Assembly: GCA_964535565.1 (NCBI GenBank)
Contig: CAZHUJ010000002.1
Coordinates: forward strand, 99,493 to 163,492
DNA: 64,000 nt
Source: an uncultured Pseudohongiella sp.
GTDB taxonomy: Bacteria > Pseudomonadota > Gammaproteobacteria > Pseudomonadales > Pseudohongiellaceae
Direction: 5' to 3'
Of the stretch, positions 56,613 through 64,000 are shown one piece after another. Each line of letters opens with the position of its first letter. Position 1 is the stretch's first letter. Position numbers and translations under genes: made by a program. The notes beneath the pieces are model-generated. The model was given only the letters and a program-made list of their open reading frames with translations. It was not told where the DNA came from and made no database searches.

Positions 56613-58193
56613 TCAGCTTTTTGCCAGCGACTGCAGGCAGTGTTGCCAGCGTGACGCCAGATTTGTTGCTTTAAGTGCCAGCACTGACTGCGGCACGGTG
56701 CGTTGGCCTGGGTGCTGCGCCTGGTATTGAGCGTGGCGCACTATCAGCCCGGCAGCGGCGTCTGCCTGCTGCCCAAGGCTTAATCCTTCGACCGGATACA
56801 GCCCTTCTGCCGGCAAATATTCCGGATAAGCCAGTGCAGCCGGTGCGATGGCAATACATCCCAGAGCAGCAGCCTCCAGCATTGATAGTCCCTGGAAATC
56901 GTGGTCGGCGGTGGACAACACCATGTCGGCGCTGTGCAGGATGGCCTCGTATTGCTGGCGCTCCTCAATAAAACGGTTGATGCCGGGTTCAATTCCCTGG
57001 GCCTGGTAATAGTCAGCCAGAATCTGTTCCAGTTGGTCGAAAGCAGCAGGGCGCTGGCGGAAGCGTTGGCCCAACAGATGAAGCTGGAAACGCAGGTTGT
57101 GCTTGATCAGCGCCTGGATAACCAGCAGCAGGCGCTCGGGGCCTTTGTCATGTTCATGTCTATGGTTCCAGACGATGCTGATGGGTTTTGGTGCAGCAGG
57201 CTGTGAATGGGAATTATGCGGGTTCAGCGCTGCGGGGTTGGAGGGTGATGCTGCGGACACGCCGTAAACCCCTCCGTGGGGGCTCGCGTCGCCCATCCAT
57301 GGGCTCCGACGGTCCGCTGCATCACCCTCCAACCCCACATCGCGGCCAGTGCCACTCCCGTCCACATTTGATGAGTCCGCCAGCCTGAAGCCGCGTTGAC
57401 CCGATGCGGAGTCATGTTCCTGATGCATACCATTGGTCTGGGAAGGTGCACACTTGTCGTCAGAGTGCAGAGTCAGCGGTGCAGGCAGACCTTGCGGTAA
57501 GGGCGAACCGTCGGAGCCCAAGGATGGGCGACGCGAGCCTCCAGGGACGGATACACGGCGTGTCCGAACTACCGCAAGGTCTGCCTGTGCCGCGGAACAT
57601 AACTCCGACCCCACAAACAACCCATCTGCCAAAGGCACCGGCAGTACCAACGACTTTGCCGTCAACAGGGACACCAATTCTGGCGGCACCTCGTCCGGCA
57701 AACGCCGCAACAGCGCCCTCACACCCTCCAGAAAACTGCGCCGGTTCCACTCACTGTTAAACGCCACCTGATCCGCACACAGTGCCGAATACAGGTTCAC
57801 CATTGCTGGCTCCACCGACGGATGCTGTTTGCCACTGTCAGGATAGGCCAACTGGTTTTCATGGAAATACACCAGCGTTGGAACACGTGCCAGTTCCGGC
57901 ACAAAACCGCGCAAACTCGCCAGATCACAGACCGATGTGGCGATTAACAGGTCATAGTTGTCAGTCAACTTCTGGCGGTGGTTAAATGCCCAGCTCAGAC
58001 TGTTGCCGCGAATGCGCCAGGAAAAATAGCGTGCTGGCAAAACCAGATGGGTCCAGTGGCAGTGTGGAAACATAGTGACCAGCTGCTGACGCCAATGTTG
58101 ATGGCTGGCAGCGTCGTAGGCACTGAGCAGCAGAATGCGTTTAGTGGGGGAGTCGATGGAAACCATGTCAAGGGAGTCTGCGGGAAACACCAT
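56613..58193 (-). CDS. DUF3524-type GT-B glycosyltransferase (homologue of tRNA-queuosine alpha-mannosyltransferase) carrying a ~140 aa in-frame repeat-derived insertion
   Basis: N-terminal DUF3524-like ILLLSAYDAASHQHWRQQLV...LPARYFSWRIRGNSL and a C-terminal GT1-like half (WNHRHEHDKGPE...DFQGLSMLEAAALGC). The start may be the ATG at 58166. Confidence 0.7.
   Translation of the reverse strand: MVFPADSLDMVSIDSPTKRILLLSAYDAASHQHWRQQLVTMFPHCHWTHLVLPARYFSWRIRGNSLSWAFNHRQKLTDNYDLLIATSVCDLASLRGFVPELARVPTLVYFHENQLAYPDSGKQHPSVEPAMVNLYSALCADQVAFNSEWNRRSFLEGVRALLRRLPDEVPPELVSLLTAKSLVLPVPLADGLFVGSELCSAAQADLAVVRTRRVSVPGGSRRPSLGSDGSPLPQGLPAPLTLHSDDKCAPSQTNGMHQEHDSASGQRGFRLADSSNVDGSGTGRDVGLEGDAADRRSPWMGDASPHGGVYGVSAASPSNPAALNPHNSHSQPAAPKPISIVWNHRHEHDKGPERLLLVIQALIKHNLRFQLHLLGQRFRQRPAAFDQLEQILADYYQAQGIEPGINRFIEERQQYEAILHSADMVLSTADHDFQGLSMLEAAALGCIAIAPAALAYPEYLPAEGLYPVEGLSLGQQADAAAGLIVRHAQYQAQHPGQRTVPQSVLALKATNLASRWQHCLQSLAKS
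57232..57338 (-). repeat. Palindromic REP/MITE-like element, copy C, inside the glycosyltransferase ORF
   Basis: GCGGGGTTGGAGGGTGATGCTGCGGAC...core in reverse orientation (GGACACGCCGTAAACCCCTCCGTGGGGGCTCGCGTCGCCCATCCATGGGCTCCGACGGTCC)...GTCCGCTGCATCACCCTCCAACCCCAC. Confidence 0.65.
57477..57592 (+). repeat. Palindromic REP/MITE-like element, copy D, inside the glycosyltransferase ORF
   Basis: The outer inverted repeat CGGTGCAGGCAGACCTTGCGGTAAG / CTACCGCAAGGTCTGCCTGTGCCG encloses the core CGTCGGAGCCCAAGGATGGGCGACGCGAGCCTCCAGGGACGGATACACGGCGTGTCC. Confidence 0.65.
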
Positions 58194-59766
58194 GCAATCT
58201 AATGACGAAGTGCTGCTGGGTCAATCGCCACAGCAGTTGGTTGCCGGTTTGCCGGCCAAAGTCAGTGAGACAGTTTTCCGCCGCGCCACTTTCTCTCCAG
58301 ATGCGCCCGCTCTGCGTGATCACCATGGACGCACTTTAAGTTATGGGCAACTTTGTGTAGCCATTCGTCAGGCTGAACAGGAGTTTCTGGCGCTGGAGGT
58401 TGAACCGGGCGATCGCGTCATGCTGATCAATGAAAACTGCCTGTCGGTGCTGGTTGCGATTCTGGCGCTGAGCGAGATAGGTGCCTGGCCGGTTGTGGTA
58501 AATGCGCGTATGGCCGACGGCGAAATTGAGCGCATACGTGTACATAGTGAACCGCGCCTGGTTGTTTATCTGCTCGAATCTGCTGCCGCCGCTGCACACT
58601 ATCGCCAAATGGCCACCGCTGCAGAATGTCATTTTCAGATGCTGGCAGGCGGTCAGGCGGGTATTCGCCGCTGCCACACCCGGGTGTCGGATGAGGATCG
58701 TGAGCTGACAGAGCAGGGTGTGTTTACGCTGATGTACACCACTGGCACTACCGGTGATCCCAAGGGTGTCATGCTGACGCACCGGAATGTGCTTTATATT
58801 GCCGCCGTCAGCGGCGCGCTGCGGGGACTCAAACCCGACGACAAAATTTATCTGGTACTGCCGGTATCCCATGTTTTCGGGATTTCAGCGGTGTTTCTGG
58901 CGGCGTTATATGCCGGTTCAGAGCTGATTATTGCGGATCGTTTTGATCCGGTACAAACCTTCAGCAGTTTTGAAACCCAGGGTATCAGTGGTGTATTTGG
59001 TGTGCCTGCGATGTTTGCCAAGCTGGTTGACCATGCGCGTGAACAGGGTATTTCCCAGGCGGATCGCGAGCGCCTGTGGCCACGCTTGCGTTTTATGTAC
59101 AGCGGCGGCGCACCGCTGGATCCGGCAATCAAATCCCGCACCGAGGCGCTGTTTGGGCTGTCTTTGCTGAATGGTTATGGCATGACCGAAAGTGGCCCGA
59201 CCATCTGCCAGGTGCGTTTTAACGAAACCCTCGACAACTGCAGTGTGGGCAGACCCTTGCCAGGGCTGGATATTCGTCTGCTGGACAATGAAGGCAACGA
59301 AGTGCCGCAAGGTGAAGTGGGTGAACTGCATGTGCGCGGTCCAGGCATCATGAAAGGCTACTTCCGCAATGCCCAGGCCACAGCGGCGGTGCTGGACCCG
59401 AACGGGTTCCTGAATACCGGAGATCTGGTGCGTCAGGACGAGCACGGCAATGTGCATATCGCCGGCCGCAGCAAGGAACTGATTATTCACTCCGGCTTTA
59501 ATGTGTATCCGCCTGAAGTGGAAGCAGTGATTTCCCGTCATCCCGAGGTCCTGCTGTGTGCGGTGATCGGAGAATCAGTGGACGGTAATGAAAACGTAGT
59601 GGCGTTTGTGCAACGAATTGCCGGAAGCAACCTCAACGCCGATACCCTGCAGGATTTTATCAAACCACAACTGACCGCCTATAAACGCCCCTCACGCATT
59701 GTATTTATGGATGCTTTACCTACAGCACCGTCGGGCAAGGTGCTGAAACACAAACTCAGGAACTGA
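58135..59766 (+). CDS. AMP-binding acyl-CoA synthetase / class I adenylate-forming enzyme
   Basis: Motif I MYTTGTTGDPKG, later LNTGDLV and the C-terminal PSGKVLKHKL. The true start is probably internal (ATG at 58156, 58165 or 58192), because the longest ORF overlaps the 5' end of the divergent gene. Confidence 0.8.
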   Translation: MRLVGESMETMSRESAGNTMQSNDEVLLGQSPQQLVAGLPAKVSETVFRRATFSPDAPALRDHHGRTLSYGQLCVAIRQAEQEFLALEVEPGDRVMLINENCLSVLVAILALSEIGAWPVVVNARMADGEIERIRVHSEPRLVVYLLESAAAAAHYRQMATAAECHFQMLAGGQAGIRRCHTRVSDEDRELTEQGVFTLMYTTGTTGDPKGVMLTHRNVLYIAAVSGALRGLKPDDKIYLVLPVSHVFGISAVFLAALYAGSELIIADRFDPVQTFSSFETQGISGVFGVPAMFAKLVDHAREQGISQADRERLWPRLRFMYSGGAPLDPAIKSRTEALFGLSLLNGYGMTESGPTICQVRFNETLDNCSVGRPLPGLDIRLLDNEGNEVPQGEVGELHVRGPGIMKGYFRNAQATAAVLDPNGFLNTGDLVRQDEHGNVHIAGRSKELIIHSGFNVYPPEVEAVISRHPEVLLCAVIGESVDGNENVVAFVQRIAGSNLNADTLQDFIKPQLTAYKRPSRIVFMDALPTAPSGKVLKHKLRN

Positions 59767-59771
59767 CATTT

Positions 59772-60395
59772 ATGATCAAACTTTATGGTTTCCCGATCAG
59801 CAATTATTACAACATCGTCAAAATGACCTTGCTTGAGAAGGGAATGGAGTTCGAGGAGGTTCTGGTTCGACCCAATCAGGAGCAAGAGTACCTGGCACAC
59901 AGCCCGATGGGTAAAGTGCCTTGTATTGAAACCGAACAGGGTTTTTTGACCGAGACTGAAGTCATTCTGGGTTATCTGGACGATCTGGGGCTGGGTCCGT
60001 CGTTTTATCCGGTGGATGCATTTGAAAAAGCCAAAGTGCGCGAACTGATACGTTATCTGGAGCTTTACATCGAACTGCCGGCGCGCCGTCTGTATGGTGA
60101 TGTGTTTTTTGGACGCCCCGCCTCCGCGGAGCTCAAGGAAACTGTTCACAACGATCTGAAAAAAGGTTTTGCGGCGCTGGCGCGACTGGCGAAGTTTCAG
60201 CCCTATCTGGCTGGTGAAGAGATGACCTATGCGGACTTCTATTTCCTGTTCAGTGTTGGGCTGGCTACGCGTGTAACCAAAAAAGCGCTGAACTGGGATA
60301 TTTATGCGACAGAGCCCGGCATAAAACCGCTGCTGGAGTTGCTGGAGCAGCGAGATTCCGTTAAAACAATTCGAGAGGATCAAAAACAGGTTTAA
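59772..60395 (+). CDS. Glutathione S-transferase
   Basis: MIKLYGFPISNYYNIVKMTLLEKGMEFEEV (thioredoxin-like N domain), GKVPCIE and a helical C domain; 207 aa. Confidence 0.85.
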   Translation: MIKLYGFPISNYYNIVKMTLLEKGMEFEEVLVRPNQEQEYLAHSPMGKVPCIETEQGFLTETEVILGYLDDLGLGPSFYPVDAFEKAKVRELIRYLELYIELPARRLYGDVFFGRPASAELKETVHNDLKKGFAALARLAKFQPYLAGEEMTYADFYFLFSVGLATRVTKKALNWDIYATEPGIKPLLELLEQRDSVKTIREDQKQV

Positions 60396-60398
60396 CCA

Positions 60399-60962
60399 AT
60401 GACACCCAGCCCCGCCAGTACTGTGGTATTGGTCAAGGAGACCGCAAATACGCTGCAAACGCTGTTGTTGCTGCGTAATTCTGCGCTGGTATTTGAAGGC
60501 GGGGCATGGGTATTTCCGGGTGGCAAGATTGATGAGGCTGACTACCCCGGCAACACTCCCAAAGACGCGGCGATTCTGAAACAAGCCGCCATCAATGCCG
60601 GTATTCGCGAAACCCGCGAAGAAGCCGGTCTGGATATTAATCCTGAAAAGCTGATACATATCGCCCACTGGACCACCCCGGCGGGTATGTCGCGGCGTTA
60701 CGCCACCTGGTTCTTTTTATGTCCGCTGGACAGTGATCCGCAGGTGGTGGTTGATGCTCAAGAAATTCTGGACTACCAATGGATCCGCCCGGCGGTTGCC
60801 CTGGAAGCCCACAGAGCCGGCCGTATTCGTTTGCCAGTGCCCACAGCCCATACCCTTGAGCGCCTGTTACCGTACAACTCGCTGTCGCGTCTGTGTGCCG
60901 ACATGCGCAGTTGTACCATCCATGTGTTCCCTGAAAATTCCGAGTATTGTCCCGTGTACTGA
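60399..60962 (+). CDS. NUDIX hydrolase
   Basis: Nudix-box elements GGKIDE...RETREEAGL. Confidence 0.75.
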   Translation: MTPSPASTVVLVKETANTLQTLLLLRNSALVFEGGAWVFPGGKIDEADYPGNTPKDAAILKQAAINAGIRETREEAGLDINPEKLIHIAHWTTPAGMSRRYATWFFLCPLDSDPQVVVDAQEILDYQWIRPAVALEAHRAGRIRLPVPTAHTLERLLPYNSLSRLCADMRSCTIHVFPENSEYCPVY

Positions 60963-61035
60963 TTCACTTGCCTTGCCCGGTCCAGTAATGGGATAGTTGG
61001 TTCAAAGGCAAGAATAAAATCGAAGGCAGTCTATT

Positions 61036-64000
61036 ATGTCGGACCCGTTGCCGTCGGAAGCGCCGGATGTTGATTCATCCGTCCGAAAAAAGTCATCCAG
61101 CCCTGACCAAAAGCATCAGGCCACAGTACAAAATCTGCGGTCTGCACTGGCTGCGGTCAGGCGTCGTCACCAATGGCTGACACTGCTGCAGCATACTGCG
61201 CTGCTCGTGGCTGGCTGGGTGATCCTGTTGCTGGCGTTCAGTGCTCTGGGTTTGTTGCTGCCTGATTCGTTTGCGCTGCAACTGGCACTGTTTGCAGCTT
61301 TTGCAACGGCTGGCCTCTGGTTAGGCTGGCGTTATCTGAGCAGTCTGGGGCGTCTGCGTACTGACGATCGCCAGATGGCTAGTTTTGTTGAATCCAGAAT
61401 GCCTGATCTGGAACAACGCTTGCTGACCTCGCTGGAGTTTTCTGCAGGCAGTGATGCGGTACAGCGCAGCGGTGTCTCAGCTGTGTTTGTTGAGCAGTTA
61501 TGGCTGGATGCAGAAACCCATCTGCGTGACCAGCATCAAAAACTTGATCAGATCTCCGATACCCGCCGCCCCTGGACTGCCGCTGTGGCAGCCGCTGCGG
61601 TTTTTGCCATTGCTGCCGTCGCTTTTATCAGTTCGGATGCGTTGTTGCGCGCAGGCTCGCAGTTGTTGTGGCCGTTTTCGTTGCGCCCGCAACCCGTCGC
61701 TGTTGTGGACGAACCGGCACCGCCGTCGCTCGCTGAGCTGGTCATTTCAGTGGAGCCAGGCGATATTCGTATGCAGCGTGGCCGCTCTGCCAGTATCAAT
61801 GTGCGTATTGAAAACGCTACCCCCGCCAACGTACGTCTGCGTATGCAGTCTGATCAGCTCAACTGGTACGACGTTGCAATGCGCGAGGAAGGCAGTGGCA
61901 GCAATGGTGTCGCGTATTCCTATTACATGCCTGTTGTTGAGCAGGATCTGCAGTACTATGTCAGTGTTGAGGTGCCCGAAGGCGCTCCCGGCAGTGTAGA
62001 CGGCGAGCAGCGCACCCAGCAGTTCAGCATTTCCCTTTACGATTTGCCGCAAGCCGAACAGATAGATCTGGCTTATCAATTCCCGGCTTATACCGGTCTT
62101 GAAAATATCACTGAAACCGATGGCGGCGATATGCTGGCGCCAGAGGGTACAGAAGTGGCTCTGACGGTCACCTTTAACAAAGCAGTGCAGTCGGCGGAAA
62201 TTGTGTTTGACGACAACAGCACCTTGCCTTTGGCTGTCCAGGGTTTAAATGGCACAACAACGCTGACCATTAACAGGGACACTGGCTACCGTATTGTTGC
62301 CACCGATTTTGATCGCCTGCAGACAGAAGATGCCGATGTTTTTTACATCCGCTCGATTCCTGACCAACCGCCGCAGCTGAGCCTGCGCAGTCCCGGGCGT
62401 GATCAGGACGTGATGCCGCTGGAAGAAGTGATTCTGGAAGTGGACGCCACTGATGACTACGGCCTCAGCGAATTTACACTGCATTACAGTGTGGTGGGTG
62501 CTGATGAGCAAAGCATCAACTTCCTGCCAACTGAGCACACGCGCAGTATTACCGGCAACCAGATGATCTATATGGAAGATCTGGTTGTGCAACCGGGTGA
62601 TTTTGTCAGTTATTACCTGACACTGGCGGACAACAACGGTTTGCGCGGCCCCCAGGAAGTGGTCTCCGATATTTATTTCCTGCAGGTTGTGCCAACCGAT
62701 CAGGAATTCCGTCGCGCCAGTGGCCAGCAAGGCGGAGGTGGTGGTGGCGGCGGGGGAGGCGACGACAGCAGCAGCGCGCTGGTCACCTTGCAGAAAGACA
62801 TTATTGCGGCGACCTGGCGCCTTCGCCAGCAGCAGCTGAATATGGATCAGCAGCAGTTTACTGACGATGTGGCTATTCTGGCTGAATCACAACGAGAGGC
62901 TATGCAGCGTGCGCGCATGTCCATCGATCGTTTGTCGGAACGAATCGATTTTGCCGATGACAGTTATGGCAATGCGGTGACCTACCTTCAGCGCGCGATT
63001 GCACAGATGGAGCTGGCAGCTGGAGAACTTGACGAACAGGCACTGACCAGCGCGATGCAACCGGAGCAGCAGGCGTTACAGATGGTGTTGCGAGCGGAGG
63101 CCGAAATCAATCGTACCGACGTCAACTTTCAGCGTCAGGCCGGTGGCGGCGGTGGTGGTGGCGGCCAGCAGGAGCGCGAGGATCTGCGCGAGCTGTTTGA
63201 AATGGAGATGGGGCAGAACGAAAACCGTTATGAAACACCGCGTTCGGCGAGTGGTGGACAACAAGCCAATAACGAAGAATCCAGTCGTCTGGAAGAACTG
63301 GCGCGTCGTCAGGAGAGTCTGACCCGTGCCCAGCGCAATCTGGCACGCCGCATGGAAGATATGGAGGAAGAGCAGCGCCGCCGTGAACTGGAACGCCTGC
63401 GCCGGGAACAAGAGCAGTTGAGCAACGATCTGGCGCAGCTGCAGCAGCAGATGTCACGCCGGCAGCAGATGCAACAGGGTCAGAACTCACAGCAATCCGG
63501 TGGTCAGTCCGGTGCCAACCAGACTGCATCCAACCAGCAGATGCAAAGAGCCTTGCAACAAATGCAGGAGGCAGCTGAAGCCGAGTCCCCCGCCCAGGCT
63601 GCTGCCCGCAGTCAACGCGCGCTGGAAAGTCTGCGTGAGCAACAGCGCCAGATGGCACAACAACCTGCCAGTTCCGCGGGCCAGCTGGCACAGAATCTGT
63701 CACAACGCGGCCGTGAGCTGATTGAACAACAACGGCAGCTACAACAGCAGCTGCAACAATTAAACGAACAGCAGGGCCTGGGGCAAACCCGTCAGGCTAA
63801 TGCCAATTCCGAAGAAGTCGGAAATCTGGTGGAGCAGCAGGAGCGTAATCGTCAGGCGCTGCAGGAAATTGAACGTATGCTGCGCGCGGTTATTGCACGC
63901 GCTGGTGCTGAAGAACAGCAGCTGTTGTCCCAGGCGCAGCAGGCAAATCGGGCGATTCGCCCAGCACTTGAGCAAATGGATACCGCCAACCGTGTGCTGC
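61036..64000 (+). CDS. Large membrane-anchored, Gln/Gly-rich coiled-coil protein (DUF4175-like); the C-terminal end lies beyond the right window edge
   Basis: Not in the ORF track because no stop falls in the window. The frame from ATG 61036 stays open to 64000 (more than 988 codons). It has two or three TM helices near the N-terminus (LLVAGWVILLLAFSALGLLL; AAVAAAAVFAIAAVAF), a beta-rich middle section, and then Gly10 and Gly8 runs with long QQ/RE-rich coiled-coil sequence. Confidence 0.7.
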   Translation, partial: MSDPLPSEAPDVDSSVRKKSSSPDQKHQATVQNLRSALAAVRRRHQWLTLLQHTALLVAGWVILLLAFSALGLLLPDSFALQLALFAAFATAGLWLGWRYLSSLGRLRTDDRQMASFVESRMPDLEQRLLTSLEFSAGSDAVQRSGVSAVFVEQLWLDAETHLRDQHQKLDQISDTRRPWTAAVAAAAVFAIAAVAFISSDALLRAGSQLLWPFSLRPQPVAVVDEPAPPSLAELVISVEPGDIRMQRGRSASINVRIENATPANVRLRMQSDQLNWYDVAMREEGSGSNGVAYSYYMPVVEQDLQYYVSVEVPEGAPGSVDGEQRTQQFSISLYDLPQAEQIDLAYQFPAYTGLENITETDGGDMLAPEGTEVALTVTFNKAVQSAEIVFDDNSTLPLAVQGLNGTTTLTINRDTGYRIVATDFDRLQTEDADVFYIRSIPDQPPQLSLRSPGRDQDVMPLEEVILEVDATDDYGLSEFTLHYSVVGADEQSINFLPTEHTRSITGNQMIYMEDLVVQPGDFVSYYLTLADNNGLRGPQEVVSDIYFLQVVPTDQEFRRASGQQGGGGGGGGGGDDSSSALVTLQKDIIAATWRLRQQQLNMDQQQFTDDVAILAESQREAMQRARMSIDRLSERIDFADDSYGNAVTYLQRAIAQMELAAGELDEQALTSAMQPEQQALQMVLRAEAEINRTDVNFQRQAGGGGGGGGQQEREDLRELFEMEMGQNENRYETPRSASGGQQANNEESSRLEELARRQESLTRAQRNLARRMEDMEEEQRRRELERLRREQEQLSNDLAQLQQQMSRRQQMQQGQNSQQSGGQSGANQTASNQQMQRALQQMQEAAEAESPAQAAARSQRALESLREQQRQMAQQPASSAGQLAQNLSQRGRELIEQQRQLQQQLQQLNEQQGLGQTRQANANSEEVGNLVEQQERNRQALQEIERMLRAVIARAGAEEQQLLSQAQQANRAIRPALEQMDTANRVL

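Noticed and set aside
59679-60668. 329 aa minus-strand ORF
   Set aside because: It is entirely antisense to the well-supported GST and NUDIX genes, with a Gln/Arg/Phe-rich composition and no recognisable motifs. This is the typical shadow ORF of a GC-rich coding region.
63122-63703. 193 aa minus-strand ORF, plus neighbouring short ORFs
   Set aside because: Antisense to the low-complexity part of the long open frame starting at 61036. Repetitive CAG/CTG-rich DNA is open in several frames.

Overview
Chromosomal segment of a moderately GC-rich Gammaproteobacterium. Gene order (tgt-yajC-secD-secF; two-subunit pyruvate carboxylase beside a divergent LysR regulator) suggests a Pseudomonadales/Cellvibrionales-type heterotroph, but this is inference only. 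I support about 50 protein genes, including two edge-truncated genes absent from the ORF track: tamA at the left edge (minus strand) and a large Gln-rich membrane protein at the right edge (plus strand). I saw no rRNA, tRNA, CRISPR array, IS element, integrase or prophage genes. Content from left to right: tamA; a translationally coupled acnA-fumC-SSADH-DUF1704 (QEGLA) operon; htpX; an outer membrane barrel; two acyl-CoA synthetases; holD-like/rimI; a Dpp/Opp-type ABC importer; a periplasmic heme/copper cluster (CopC-like protein, CXXCH plus PHM-like copper monooxygenase fusion, secreted partner, membrane AraC regulator, ctaA); a carbon-fixing/anaplerotic block (LysR, pycA, pycB, malic enzyme, LysR, dabB-dabA inorganic carbon pump); prfC; tgt-yajC-secDF; a PanP-like decarboxylase; mltD and mltB; a DUF3524 glycosyltransferase; GST; NUDIX. 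The best candidates for an unusual system are (1) the DabBA energy-coupled CO2 hydration pump sitting next to bicarbonate-consuming pyruvate carboxylase, (2) the uncharacterised cytochrome c/copper-monooxygenase cluster, and (3) a ~110 bp palindromic repeat family with two copies inserted in frame inside the DUF3524 glycosyltransferase. All family assignments come from motifs I recognise by eye. No database search was run.
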